A DNA stretch of 64,000 nt from Eukaryota sp. TZLM1-RC (Eukaryota > Protista > Metamonada: BaSk clade): contig JAUPSS010000004.1 in NCBI GenBank assembly GCA_040285825.1, positions 4,493,784 through 4,557,783 on the forward strand. Direction: 5' to 3'. Position 1 is the stretch's first letter; each line of letters begins with the position of its first letter. The notes under the pieces are model-generated. The model was not told the DNA's origin and searched no databases. It was given only the letters and a program-made list of their open reading frames with translations. A program made the translations under genes and the position numbers. Positions 9,308 to 23,307 of the stretch are shown in pieces.

Positions 9308-12300
9308 TGTTAGCCTTGGATAATTTTTATAATTGATAGTATTATAGTTTCGTAGTGTACTTGCGCCTTTGCGCTTAAGCCGAAGAAAACCATTTTGCCT
9401 TCGTAATAAATTGCTTTGCTTTTACGTATGCTATGTCTAACCCATCCAGCTCATCAATAGCTTTTGGATCCATTTCGTTGGGTTTTGTAAACGCTTCCGA
9501 GCCTGGTAGGACTGATCCTCCTCCAGCTCAAAATATGAGTTTTTCCTCCCGAACTCAGTCGGAAGCACAACACCCCTCTTCAACTGGGACCGAGGGAAGC
9601 TATAATTCTCCTCCTACTACGTTGACGCCTCCTTCTGGAGATATTGTCACACCAACCAGTTTTACGGGTTCTTTCCAAACTGCTCAGTTGGAAACAAAAC
9701 CACCCTCTGCTGGTGAGGAAAGTGTTACTTCCTCTCATCCTCAGGTTCGGGATACTATTCCATTTTCGAGTTCCTGTAGTTCCTATCTGCTTCTTCGTTT
9801 CCCCTTCCAACGTTAAAAATTCTATCCCTCTTTCTCCTCCCCCTGAATCAGTGGAAAAAAATGAAAACCTTCTTTTAGTCCGGAACATTTCAACACTTTA
9901 GACGAATAACTAAAGTACGTTATCCATGAAACTGACCCTGACTCGGCCAGCAATAAAATATCCTAGTGGTTAAAGCTCAAGATGGAAGAGTCTCCCTCTT
10001 CACCCATTGTGCTCCCGTCGTTCCTTCCACTTCTTCTTCGGAAGTCCCTGAGGAAGGTACTCAACATCCGGAACATCCACCTCCTCCTGAATCTCCTGCT
10101 GGCAATTAAACCCCTACTACTCCTTCTTTGGAAGATCCGGTAGTAGTTTCTCAAAACACTTTTGCTCCTACTACGGTACTTCCTACAGCAGCTCATTCAA
10201 CTCCTCCTATTTCTTCTTCGGAGGTTCCTACTAGGGGAGTTATCCATATCCCTCCAACCACTGGCCAGTCTCCTCAGCAAGGTCAGTTGCTTTCTTCTGC
10301 TCCTGCAGCTTAGCAGGTGTTTAGTGCTTCCTAGCCTAACATTTATCGAGCTCCCAGTCAGTCGCAAGAATCAGATTCTCCTCTGTTTCTGTTCAGCACA
10401 GGACTGAAGCTCAAACTTTAGTTTTCAGTGCTGGCATTGATTTAATGCAAGAAAATCCTATTTCGACTCAACCAAATGAACTTATTTCTGCTTTACCCCC
10501 ATTTTGGGGTCCAGAAATAGCTAATAACCACGGCGTTAAGATCCGTAGAAGAATTGGCCCCACTGCTTCTTCACTAAAGAAGTAGATAATTTCACTGTCC
10601 GATGTGACCCACCACCTAACTACCCTCAACGTGATGTCGTAGGATGTTTAAGAACTTCCCATGAAGGAATACAGAGAATCTTCGCTGGCGACGAGCTGAA
10701 TCTCTTCCTCAATCGGTACAATTCTTGTCCTCTTCCTAGGTTTAGCACTGGGTACAACGCATCTTTAAATATTTATAAAACAGAGAATTCAGAACAGGAT
10801 GGTGGTTCACGTATACTACGGATTTTCAGAGACTCACTTCCAGAATTGCTGGCCAGACCATTGCACGTCTTTTTTTGGCCCCGAACACAGAAGAAATGGG
10901 CCTTTTAGGGATGTTCTTATGAACGTCCAAGAGAACACGAGCGTCACCAACTCAAGTTCTCTACTTTGGGTTTATGTCAATGGAACCTTAACTAGTAATT
11001 ATCCTAGCGACAATAAACCAGTAGAACTAAGAACCTCTGATCCTGACCTTGTTGAAACAGACACAGTTTTTTGATCTTTGAGCATTGAGCCTCAAGATCA
11101 CCAACCAGATAAACCCATGAAGACATCAACTGCAAACACTTCTGAGACAGTGCAACAACCTGCAGTAGCCCAGTCCTCAGTTCGTGCGGCTCCTTCCCAG
11201 GTTCTTCAAGACCTCAGGCCTCTAGGAGTTACTCCTTTCAACACCCACATAGCACGTAAATATTCTAACAGTTTACTTATGGTATTTATGGCAGCTACAC
11301 ATGATAAAGATAGAGATAGACAAAGAAGTGAACGTCCTAGAAAACCCACTGTTAAAGCCAACGATATCTCCGACTCCGTTAAAATCTTGCAATTGATCTT
11401 TAGATTCATTCTGTACGCTAAAACTGAGAAGACTATTGAAGAAAGAAACATCAATGAATCTGATCCTACTCAAGTCAGCCTAGCAAAAGAAATGTCTGAG
11501 CTCAGGAAACAGCTAAAAAAACGCTTCCGTACCCTGCTACTTTTCAGTCAATTAGTAGAGAAAACAGTATTTTTCCGCTGAATCAAAGATAATGCAATTC
11601 TCTCCACAAGTGGGATTGATCCAGAGTAGCGGATAGCCCCGCAGGATAGCCTCGTGCGTAACTCTAGAATGTTTAGCCGCTGCGAGAGCTCAAGGTAGGT
11701 TCTCCTCTTTATCAAATAGCATTTTAGCCATCAATAACATTGACGAGCAACAAATTTGGAGAATCAATCCTCCACCTGATTCAATACAGGACCTTAGAAA
11801 TTTAGAGGAACCACTTTATAGAATTTAAATGAATTGAAATATTCAAATTTTAGGAATCGCTGGGGCGACTTTACTGTGAGATTGTCGAAAACAGTTTCAC
11901 GAAGTACCACCATTCCTAATTTCAGATCAACTGATCGAGCCATGTATGGCCAACGCTTCCTTCAGCGTATTCAAAATTGTAGATTGCCACCCATATGATT
12001 GATTCCGTCGGCATCCAAGCAATCAGCGACAATTTGAATACAGTAGGTTCACCCCAAATGTTTGGCAACATCATACTTTACAACAATTTTTGGACATCCT
12101 GGCTGAATACATGAATTGGTGTTCAACAAGATCCTATAACAAGCAAAGGAACAACATAAATGACGGTGACCAACAACATATGGGTCACTATGTCAGAAAT
12201 TACTCAAAGGACAAACAACGCATAAGCAAATTCAAGCCCGCGGGCCCTAGCAATGTAGATCAAGCTCATTTCCGTAAATGGAGCAAGACACAAATAAAGC

Positions 12301-15300
12301 AGGAAAGAAATAAAGCTGGTCTCTGCAGATTTTGTGGTAATCCTGGCCACACCATTAAAGAATGTCCTGACCCTGATTGTCAACGGTCAAAGCAGTGGCG
12401 CGATGCCAGTCCTGAAGCAGTTCAAGCCTAATTGGTCAAAGGTAGTAGCAAGAGTAGAGGCAAATTTAGACGTAGAGGAAGAGGCAAGGAACTTTTCAGT
12501 GATAATAAACGTACACATAAATATTCGTTGTGTTCTGGAGCAAGATGACTCTTCAATAAGCAAAACACAACAGAAGTAGACCTCCATCTCCAACCCATGG
12601 ATAAAGTCTTTGACTAATCAATTCGCTACCCTCTATAACGAACCAGCCACAACTGACGAAACATCACATGGATTCTGTTTCAACAACGAGTTCGACATAA
12701 GCCCAGATTTAGAGACCCACAACGATATCTTCATGATTCGCACCTCAGATAGCGCATGCAAAAAATTTAAAATTGAAATTTTCTATAAATAACCGCGAAA
12801 TAGAAAGGATCATCGACTTTGGAGCCTCAATATCAGTCATTATTGTTGATTCAGCACAAAATGCAACATGGAAACAACAAGACATTGCATAAACTTCCAG
12901 TTTGCAAACAAAATCACGTCTAAGTTTTTAGGGTCAGGAGAAGGCACGCTGAGTGTAACCCATATAGTACATGTGAAACATAACTTGGCCATAATCTCTG
13001 GCAAGAACATGTTACTTATTGGTAGGGACCAGCTTCATCATTTAGGCTTATTAAACGATGAAGGCCTCTTCATTAGGATGGATGAGGGGCATTGTACATT
13101 ATTATTGCCTGAGGCTGAATTCAAACATCGAATCTGAATCTCCCAAGTCTCAGATGTCGTCAACGTCTCAGACGTTGGTTGCAGTACATACAGTCTTCTG
13201 GTTGCACCATTAACTTTGACTGTGACAATGACAAAAAGGCCTTACTTTTAACCTTGAAAGATTTCGAAGAAACAATCACCATTAAGCCGCATGCTAACGG
13301 AATTAATTATCCCCCTATGGAGATCAACTTTTATAATAAAAGGGTTCGAGTGAGACGAGCCTTTCGTAGGTTAAACCCCGAGAAGCAGAAAGTCGCCGAA
13401 CAGATCTTTGACGAACTCATCGAGTCTGGATTTGCTGTTTCATCGAACGATGAGTTCAGCTCTCCAGTATGTCTTGTGGTAAACCCTAATCATCGTAAGC
13501 CTGGCCTCATCAGTGATTAAAGTGGCAAGGACGGAGTCAACGCCAACACAGTTCCCGTTGAACCTAATCATCGAAAAATTTCCGATGGGCTAGTCTTCCT
13601 TTCGGAAGCCAATTTTATCAGCACTCTTGACTTCCCAAAGCCTTTTGACAACTGAAAATTGCAGAAATGAACTGAGAGAAGACCGCCTTCAGCATTCTTG
13701 GAAAAATTATCATGTTCAAACGTGCAGCTTTCGGCCTCAAGAACGTTTCTGTAGTATTTCAGAACGTTATGGCAGACATCTTCTCCGGAGACGGTGTATT
13801 CATCTATATAGATGACATCATTGTAGTAGGTAGAGCATTCAACCAGTTCCTCGAACGTCTCCCATGTGTTGTCGAGAAAGCTCAAACCCGTAGAGCTTGC
13901 TTTGGATTGCCCAAATGCAATTTTGTGTTCTCTAGACACCCCATAAAAATCCTTGGCAAATAATTCCAAAACAAAACCAGGACTATAAATCCCACACATA
14001 CAGAGTCTTTACCCAACCTCCCCAAATTTAAGCCTGTAAAAGACACCCGTAGCCTAATCGGTGCTTGTGGGCTGCCCCAGGTAACCAAAAATGTTGCCCC
14101 GATCATCAAATTAACGCACGGCAAATTACACTGCTTGCAGTGGCCAGACACTCACAACATCCATATAGCCAAAATCAAACGTTTGATCGCAGAGCATATG
14201 CTCTTAAACTTATCTTCAGTGGATAACAAAGTACTCATCAGTTGTGATGCGTTCAATATAGCAGTAGTAGGCGGCGTGATTTGGGAACAAATGAAAGCCA
14301 TTGAGGATCTTGGTACTTCCATACTGAATAGAAAATGTAGACCAATCAGCTTCTTCAGCAAATTGTTGACTAACTCCCAGCAAAATTGGCTCATGGTACA
14401 GAAAATGCTTTATGCTATTCTTCTTATCTTTACCGAAAGTGGCTTCGAGAACTACATCAAAGGAAGGCGTCTGATCATATTCACACATCATCAAAATCTT
14501 ACTTATATGCTCACCGCTCCAAACAAGAATAGAATAGAAGGAGGTGGCTCCCCATCTTTTCCGAGTTCCTATTCGACATTGTTCACACAAAAGGGGAAGA
14601 GAACCATCAAGCGGGCACGCTATCTAGAATAGTACCGCCCCAAGACAATCCCACCATCAACCATTTGGTCCATTCCAACGACCAAGAAATTCACTCTATT
14701 TACATCACAAATAGTATCTATGAAACTGAAACCGAAAGATACTTCGTTAAAGATCTCTTCATCCCTCAAAATAAATGCTCCAATGACCTTCCATTCTTCT
14801 AGCCGTGGCTCTGCAAGATCAGGTCCGTACAAAAGCGAGGTTTCGCTGAACAGGACACCTCGTTCAACAACTGTACTCTGGATAGCCGTTTAGATCTATA
14901 TCTAACACCAGAGCGCAAAATCGTAATTCTACAATCAATGGTTAAGGATACGCTTAACCTCTGGCATGGACTCCCGCAAGTTGGCCACTCCAGTAAGGTA
15001 GAAAGTCTCCTCAGACTTGAGAACAGCGACTACTGGTGGCCTGACATGCTTTCCAACAAGAGCAAGCACGTCCTAGAATGTTTCCTCTGTCAGAAGACAG
15101 CAGTAGTCCCCAAATTGCATGTCCCTACAACTGGTTCCTTGTGGGCTGACAGACCATTTGCAAGAGTTAACGTCGACGTCATTGGTCCTCTTCCAGAAGA
15201 TCAAGACGGCCACAAATACATCGTCGTATTTGTTGACAGCTTCACGAGGTTCACTCTTATAGTTCCTTTTAATAAATTAAACGCCACCCTTACCGCTGAC

Positions 15301-16309
15301 GCGCTCATATTGAAGGCGTGTGTCATATTCGTCAAACCGTTCCTAGTTCATAGTGATAACGGGCCAGAGTTCTCCAAAGCTGTCTTCAACGCTCTATGTC
15401 AGTTTTTGGGTATAGAGGTCTCAAAGTCCGTCCCTCACTTTTCGCAATCCAACGGTTTAGTTGAACGCCGTAACCGCGATATTTTTCAGAATCCGAGGAA
15501 GCTGCTTGTAGATTTTAATGCCTACAACACATGGTCAGAGTACTTCCCATATGTACAATTGTTTATCAACTCTTCTAAGAGTTCGATACCAGCTTACACA
15601 CCAGATGAGCTCATTTTTTCAGATTTTAGCCCAAAGCTGACCCCGACAAAATCATAGAAACTCTTGACACCTCAACGTCTGAGGCAACTTACATCAATGA
15701 CATCCAATCTGAATTCGCTAAATTGAAGAAAAATCAAAAGGGAGCAGAGCGCCGTCAAGCTTCCAAATCTCCTCCACGTGATTCCCAAATCGAAGTTAAT
15801 CCTTTTTCTCCAGGTCAACTGGTCAAGCGAGCTTCGCCTTCCACAGCTAAGTCATATGGTAACGATAGATAATGATTTTTACTCCTGGGCTGCAGCCGGT
15901 GACGCCAAAAAACAGGTGATTCAGAAAGTCCTCAATCAGGATATTGATCATTACCAGGTCCATGGCCTGGCAATCATATCATCACTGAGCAGGTTTCGAC
16001 TATTGAGAACACCTCTGCTTTTAAAAAATTCTTCAAGTCTTTAGTTAATACTCGCTCTCGTCCTCGTCGCAGACAGCGTTGTATTAATAATATTAGTAAT
16101 AACAATTATGTTGATTCTACGCCTCCAAAACATCGACGCTCGAAAAGAAAGAAAGAGCAGTGATAGCCTTGGATAATATTTATAGTTTATTAGTATTATA
16201 GTTTATTAGTATTATATTGTACTTGTGCCTTTGCCCTTAAGCTGAAGAAAACCATTTTGCCTTCGTGATAATTTAATTTGCTTTTACGTATGCTATGTCC
16301 AGGTCATCA
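9308..16309 (+). mobile_element. Full-length but degenerate Ty3/Gypsy LTR retrotransposon (family A)
   Basis: 149-bp TG..CA LTRs at 9308-9456 and 16161-16309, 4-bp TSD TTGG, PPT aaaagaaagaaagagcag. Fragmented gag (CRFCGNPGHTIKEC), protease, RT (YIDD), RNase H and integrase (H-H-C-C, DVIGP, SDNG, VERR), with many stops and frameshifts. Confidence 0.92.
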
Positions 16310-16439
16310 TTGGTGATGCTGTGTTTCTTCCCATTTCTGTTGAAGACGTTCATTTTTGAACTAGAATTCGCGCAAAAGAGGAACGTTGGATTCAAAATAA
16401 AAATTGTGTCAAAAAACGTTAGCACATTCTGATCTGGGG

Positions 16440-16931
16440 CTATCAAAGGACACAAACATCAGTTCATATGGAGTGTGAATTGTAAATTTACTTTGGATTG
16501 AATTGATTGAAGACTTGATTGAAGACTTGTAAAAGAACAACATCTCCTTTTTTTACGCGAAATACGTAAGCTAGTTTTTACAAAATTTCACAAAAAAGTT
16601 AGTGTTACAACTGTGCACAAATTACTAATCAAAAAACAATTTCACTCACAAAAAATGTGCTAATTTGATGATACGAGCAAAAAAACTGATTCAAAACTTT
16701 GAATTAAGTTTTCGAAGACTTTTTGGTGTTGTTATTCAACGACAACTATTATTTATTGACGAAGTTTCGTTCAAATCAGAACACTTTGTAAGAAAAACTT
16801 GTTGGAGACCTAAGGGAGTTCCAATTAATACTGAAAGACCGAACTTCAGGGAAGGGCAGGTGAGTTTCATGGTGGCAATTGATGTCAATGGACTAGTTGT
16901 TGATGGTGGCAATATTCAAAGATCATTTTGA
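16440..16931 (+). pseudogene. IS630/Tc1-mariner-like transposase remnant
   Basis: LLFIDEVSF...CWRPKG...VSFMVAIDVNGLV resembles the first catalytic Asp region. An upstream frame gives an HTH-like LFLREIRKLVFTKFHKKVSVTTVHKLL. Confidence 0.55.
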
Positions 16932-17561
16932 TTGAATAAAGTTTTAAATATGTATTCAAAATAAAAAAGGAACTTTTATCATCAAAAAACCAATACTATT
17001 ATAATACTATTAATCAGTATGCTGAGTGTCTTCAATATGCCATTATTAATCGATTACCTTGGTTTTTCAATCGAATTAGAGAAGCTTTAGCTAGACAGCA
17101 AGCGGATCATGGTTTTGTAGGGGAAACCTTGGCTCAATGATTTTCGTCCCATTAGATATGAGTTGATTTTGTTAAGTGTGGAAGTTCAATAAATAGTGAA
17201 ATTTTACTCCTAGCATCATAAAGTTTATAGACACCATTAAATCTAAAATTTGTAGAAAATATCTCAACTCTTATAGAAATGATTCAACTATGATAGAAAG
17301 TAGCATCGTTTTAGTTAATGGAGAGAACATTTCAGATCCTCATTTCGTCCAAGAAGCAAAAAATAAAACTTTGGACCTCCAAAAAGTTTACAACATAATT
17401 GTTTTGAAATAATTCTGTTTATGTAAACCCTTTAAATAAACAAGCTCATGAACTGCTGGACAATTGAAGATGCTGGTAGTCACTTAAAAGTTCATGTTCT
17501 TATGGTACAGTTAAAATAATCTTCTCACATTAATGAGCTTTGTTCGCTGAATTTGCTACAT

Positions 17562-18386
17562 CTATTGGGGACAAAACTGTCTTTTCAATTCAAAGGTCGG
17601 TATAGAATGCCTCATTACATTAACCTCGTTCAATGTCAGCTCCTGCACAAGAAACCCTTCCTCGTGATCAAGAGACTGAACAATCTGCCCAGAAGGATTA
17701 CAAATCATTGAATGTCCCCAAGATTCAAAAACACTGTTGGTGTCTCGAGCTATTGAAGCTGCAACAACAAAGGACGCACTGTCCAGTGCTCGTGCCCTTA
17801 GCAAAAGCTCCCAATGTAACCGACCAGTGGGAACTGTAAAACAACCAGGAAAGACAAGAACATTGCATCCAGCACAACGATAAAAATCGGCTAAATGTGG
17901 AAAGCGTAGATCAAAGCAAATTCCAACACCTATATTAAACTGCCCTATTGAAAACATAGCTGGTGACTTTCCAGCAGTCAATACTGAAGATTCTGTAAAT
18001 TTGACATTCTCAAATGCAACGTCAAACAAATGAATCTTTCTATACTTACAGATGAGTTCCCCGACTGGGTTCCAAACAGTGCATGTGTTGTAAAGAAAGT
18101 CTCCATCCCTTTCTATAAACGTTCCACCCACAAGATAAATCGAGTGTTTAATGGCTTGTTCTTGTAAAAAGTTTGGTGTTTCTCCAGTAATGATATCCTC
18201 AGCAAAAGACGCAAAACTGTCAACTTTGTAGGGTGTTTGAAAGCACTCGGGAAGAATAACACAGCTGGCATTTTTCTTGACACATTTTTCAATGGCAGAG
18301 GCATAAATTCCGAAGCAGGAGGATTTAGAAGATGCTGTCATGTATTGGCACACACCAACAGTAAGGGTAGATAAACCAGAAGACAT
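17562..18386 (-). CDS. NIT2: Nitrilase-superfamily omega-amidase (NIT2-like)
   Basis: Glu-Lys-Cys triad motifs LPECF, YRKIHLFD and GICFDLRF, plus HWELLLRARALD and WGHSM. Confidence 0.9.
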   Translation of the reverse strand: MSSGLSTLTVGVCQYMTASSKSSCFGIYASAIEKCVKKNASCVILPECFQTPYKVDSFASFAEDIITGETPNFLQEQAIKHSIYLVGGTFIERDGDFLYNTCTVWNPVGELICKYRKIHLFDVAFENVKFTESSVLTAGKSPAMFSIGQFNIGVGICFDLRFPHLADFYRCAGCNVLVFPGCFTVPTGRLHWELLLRARALDSASFVVAASIARDTNSVFESWGHSMICNPSGQIVQSLDHEEGFLVQELTLNEVNVMRHSIPTFELKRQFCPQ

Positions 18387-18879
18387 CAGCTTAATAGTTT
18401 GTTTGTTGGAGAAGGGAAATCATCTTTGTGAATTCTACCGTTTTGGGCCAAAGTTTTTACAAATACGGGGATCAATACTACTACTGATAATGCTCCTAGT
18501 CGTAATTAAGAAATACTGCCTCCAAATCTTTATCTATAATTTTGATAAAAGGGCAAATTAAAAAAAAACAGGCATCATATAAGATTATATCTTTAAAACA
18601 TCTTCTGTCCAGATAAGAGGAACAAACTTTGAATTACGTTTTGCCTCATTAACTCAACTGCAATTGATCAGCACAACAATTGAGGACAAAATTTGTTTCA
18701 GTAAGAGAATTGGTCTCAGAGAGAATGATTACTTTCTTATAAGCAGAGAAAAACTCAGTCCAAGATTTGTGATATCAGGTAAATCTTCTCCTCTAATGAG
18801 ATATGAATAACAAGTGTCAAAAGCATTCAAATTAGGAGACAAATTTATAGGTTTATCAAAGCAAAAAAAAGATTGATAT

Positions 18880-20085
18880 TCAAATAGACACCTTCTCAAA
18901 GTAAACCTTGCCTAAATAACAACTAAGTATAACAAGGGCCGAACTAACACAAACAGACAGAGCAGAAAACCTCAAAAGCACCAAAACTTCCTCCACGCAA
19001 AACAAAACTAGAAATACTGAAGCATAGACATAAATTGGGGAAATGGAGAGCTTAATGCCGGACAGGACCAGCAAGGAGTACACACCAATGATGTAACTAT
19101 ATTTATAAGGAATCTTCTTCTCAACAGTGTAGATGAAAGACGCTAGACAAAATACAAAGTTGACAACGTGAAAGATCCCTGCATCAAACAAATGTATGGA
19201 ATCAGCAAGTCCTGAAGAAAATCTGTTCATCAGGAAATGAACTCCAATTCTGCTAAAAAGCACAAATCCAGAAGATATTAATGAATTAAGTGCGGTTGTA
19301 TCAGAGTTGAAGCCCAGAGCATAACCCATACCAAAGGCTGCCACCACAAATCCCAGTGCAGAAACAAGAGAAAGGCATGAAAGAACACCAAATGCGACAG
19401 AATGACATCTTAAAGTAGAGTAGACAGAAAACACCGTGGTTACCCCAAAATTAAACCACCTAGGACTTTGGTATAACCCTGAGGCAATGCATTGTTGGGT
19501 TATGTTGAGCAGCAACGATAACAAGAAGTTCAGCTGAGAAGACTGGATCTGAGTTAACCAAATTGAAGGGAAGCCAACAATAAGCTGGACGATCAAGTAG
19601 GTACATTTAGGATAATGACTATAGATCTTGATTGTGTAAATTGATATCAATATCCATAATCTTTTGATAACAAAATCTAGATTGAAAAGATAAAACAAAT
19701 CAGTCAAAAAACGGTAAAAAGGCCTGATAATGTGGGAGTAAAAGACTCGAACAAATGCAAATACGAAGAAGAAGGAAGCAATTACTTGTAAGAAGGTCAT
19801 GACATTCAGTAGTCCCTTAATCTTGTTGAAAAATCCCAAATTATTCAGATACTCCCGTAAATCTGCAGAAGAGGAAAACGATCGATCTGCTAGCCGCGAA
19901 GCCTCTCTGAGTGAAGACACTATTGTCGGGTTTCCCTGGTCAGATGAAAGTACCTTCTCATTAACCATTTGCTCAATGGTCTCCATTGATCCCATTAGCC
20001 GATAAAGTTGGTGTGAGGTATTGACACTGGAACAGAGGTAGGGGCACATAGTTAGCAGTAGAACAAGGTATAACCGTTTCGACAT
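18880..20085 (-). CDS. Hypothetical multi-pass membrane protein
   Basis: 401-aa ATG ORF with an N-terminal signal-like segment and many hydrophobic helices. Confidence 0.75.
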   Translation of the reverse strand: MSKRLYLVLLLTMCPYLCSSVNTSHQLYRLMGSMETIEQMVNEKVLSSDQGNPTIVSSLREASRLADRSFSSSADLREYLNNLGFFNKIKGLLNVMTFLQVIASFFFVFAFVRVFYSHIIRPFYRFLTDLFYLFNLDFVIKRLWILISIYTIKIYSHYPKCTYLIVQLIVGFPSIWLTQIQSSQLNFLLSLLLNITQQCIASGLYQSPRWFNFGVTTVFSVYSTLRCHSVAFGVLSCLSLVSALGFVVAAFGMGYALGFNSDTTALNSLISSGFVLFSRIGVHFLMNRFSSGLADSIHLFDAGIFHVVNFVFCLASFIYTVEKKIPYKYSYIIGVYSLLVLSGIKLSISPIYVYASVFLVLFCVEEVLVLLRFSALSVCVSSALVILSCYLGKVYFEKVSI

Positions 20086-20548
20086 TTGTAATCAAATCAA
20101 TTTGGGTGCGCAATCAGACTTTTTAGTGAATATTCCCAGCCATCAGAAGCTTTATGATCGTGGAAATGCCATGGCACAAGTGGTTGCAGGTTCTCATCAA
20201 TAGTTCTCTTCTTTAATAAATGATGAATTTAATAGTTGTTTATCCCAATCGTATAGTTGATTAGAAATGCACTTGTTGAAGGAATTAATTCTTTAATCAC
20301 ATGGACGTTTTTAATCCATTCAGTGCGAGTATCTTACATACATAACGTGTATGGTTGATTTGAAACAATTAACATTCAAATAGATGTTGGCGCCCTAAGG
20401 CTTTTATAATATGAATAGAAAATAAATTATCTTTATCTCAACCACTTTTGCAACCTAAGGCAACAATAATTATTGGCCGTATTAGGTTATAGGTATACCG
20501 TTTACACAACTCACAGCTATCAAACAGAGGATATCTTCAGCAGATATC

Positions 20549-23307
20549 ATGTCAGTCTCTCCTCGCCAGGACACTGACTCCAGCCAAATTTTTTACATTA
20601 GACAGATGCAACAGTACGACAGAGATGCCTTGAGCATATATACAACAACAGCAGGGACTGAAGAGTCAAATAAAGAAGAGGACTCGGGCCCGAGACCACC
20701 CTCCGCCCCTCCTCATGAGAAAGAAATGGAACCAGGCACGGAACCACCTCCCGCCTCTTCCAAATCAAAAACAATGGAACCAGGCACGGAACCACCTCCC
20801 GCCTCTTCCATGTCCAACAAACCAGATAAGGTTTCAGGAACGGGACCACCCCCCTCCTCACCTAAAGAAAATGTTGGGTTAAGCTCGGATACTTCGTCTG
20901 CCCTAAAGGACTACGAAGAACTCCAGTCCGTTTTAGAAGAAATGGACGACGATGAAAAAGAGCTTCGCCAACAGATAATGAAGGACGCGGAAGCTCACCT
21001 TGAACCAACAGATTACTGTCTGTTCGAGCAGCTCCCTCCCCTTTGGAAGCAAATATCAAAATCTGGTAGAAATGTGGGATTCCAGACTCTGGGCCATAAA
21101 GGGGACCCTAATAGAGTCTACGAATTCCCTCAAAATGAGAGAAGAGAACTCATTAACGCGTTGGACACTTTGAGTAGAGAGACCTATGGACGCGGGGCAG
21201 AACGCCGTCCTAGGATAACCGGTATGGATAGAGAGATCCATGTGATTCTGGCAAAACCTATCAAAGATAGGCCTGATTGGAAAGCCATTCATTTAGATCA
21301 GTTCGGGAGAAGGATCAGGTTCTTAGCCATCGAACGAAGGAGCAGAACCGATACCGACGACATCCTGGAAACCAAATTACCGGCATGGATGGACTCGTAC
21401 TTTGATACGATCATTCATAACTACTCAGAGGTAGAGGATGGGGCTCCTACTTGTTTCAGAGAATACATGGAACAAGCAGACAGCACAAATCCAAGTAAGT
21501 TGGATCCCGTCAGTGACTTCTTTGACGCGGACGCCCTAAATAATATACTCACGGAACGTTCAAGCGTATCCACATTTAGGAGCCGCCCAAATAACTTCAT
21601 TCAGCAATTCGGGGAATCAACGACAAGGAAGAAGAAGTTCAGGTTCTTGGTCACGGGTGATCAATCAACAGAGCTCCACCAGAGACCTAAACTTCCTATA
21701 ATTGCCCCCATTATATCTGAAAAAGAGCAACCGGTACAAGTCTGTTCCATTGACGTACTCCCTGATCACATCCCGACAGTAGATGTGACAGAACGAACAA
21801 ACAGACCTACCAGAGTGGTTCAGGGACCATCAAGTCCCTCCCAACCTATGCTCACTAGCGCATCAGAAGACGAAGTCGAGTTGAGAGGACCTAGTTTAGA
21901 TGAAACACCTCCTCCTCAACCCCTCGTAGAAGAGTTACTTCTGAGGAGCCTCCCCGTTTGGAAGACCTCCAAGCTTCTAGAAACATTTTGGATATGAGTA
22001 TAGCAAGTAGTCTTCAGAGACATGTGGACTCTCAGCCTAGGTCAGCTGAATATAAAGCCCCTCACCTATCTGAGAAAGACCCTCTCAACAAGATGTCTCT
22101 CGTCTCCTTCCTCCTCAAATTCCAAACATGGGACAAATACGGACGCAAGATAGCCAATCGAAGCTTTCAAGCCCCTGGTCAATCTGATTGGTCTCGTGCT
22201 ATGTTGATAGCAACCCAAATATTTGGTGAAGGAAAGACCCAGATTACCCCTGAGTTGTTATCATCACTCCCATCTCACATCAGAGAAGAAATAGACAGGG
22301 ACATGAAACAGCCACTCTTAAGGATCGACCCAGAACTGACGAAACGTTTGGGACCTCCTATCCATCATTATGGCTTATTCAGAAGTATGATGATAAGTAC
22401 TTGTCCATCCGGCTTATCAAGCATGGTCGACCCCCATCTCATCTGTAGATGGCAAGGCCAAGGACTTCTAAGACCGGACTTCTCAGACGCTGACTTAATG
22501 GTTTTTCTGCTACGCAGGACACAATTTACCTCATATCACGAGGCTTGCTCTGCCCTAGCAAAACGATGTATAAATTGGAGAAACATCCACAACAAAGTAG
22601 ATGCGGACAACGAATTTGGTAGGTTCGTCGAAGATTTTGGAGACGTCCTGAGGATGACCACTTATATGGTTGATCACTCCATATCTGCATCAATTAGGGG
22701 AAGCAGCGGTTTAATAACCCTCTCACCCGCCCTTATTGCAGAATATTTTCTCTTGGGTATAGATAATTTTGCCATTACCAAGGAGCTAGCAAGCCATTGG
22801 ACAAGAGAAGATCTATGGGACCCTTCAACAGGTACAACTTTGTTAGACCTGATTTCGACCACCAGGAGACACTTTTTAGCTTGGTGCCAAACAACAGGAA
22901 ATAGGCACACTATGGAACTTTTGAGAAAACAAGCTGAAAGAGAAGAAGACATCCCATTAGGCCTTTCGACCATGAGAACGTTCTCTAGAGGAGCAACCCC
23001 ATCTGGTCCAGGTACTAAACGTCGCTCGGGAGGCGGATCCAAAGGAACTCCCCAAAACAAATATGTCCCAAAAAGACATGAACGAGAGGGATCTAAGTTC
23101 TGTACATTCTGTAACGTCACCGAAGGAAATAATCCTATCGGTCACACGGTTTTCGAATGCAAAGACCCCCGTTGTACCAGGAGCAAGGTACCAAAAGAAT
23201 TGAGGTTCAAGATCGGTGAGGCTGATCAGCCTGCGAGAAGTGGCAGCGTAGTTAGAGGCCGAGGTGGCCGTGGTAGACGTATTTCTAGGTTTAGAGGTAG
23301 GGGCTGA
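20549..23307 (+). CDS. gag: Gag-like region of family B (ORFs 20549-21997 and 21958-23307, split by a 1-nt frameshift)
   Basis: Pro/Ser-rich N-terminus with MEPGTEPPPASS repeats, zinc knuckle CTFC-x10-H-x4-C and an RG-rich tail. Confidence 0.75.
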
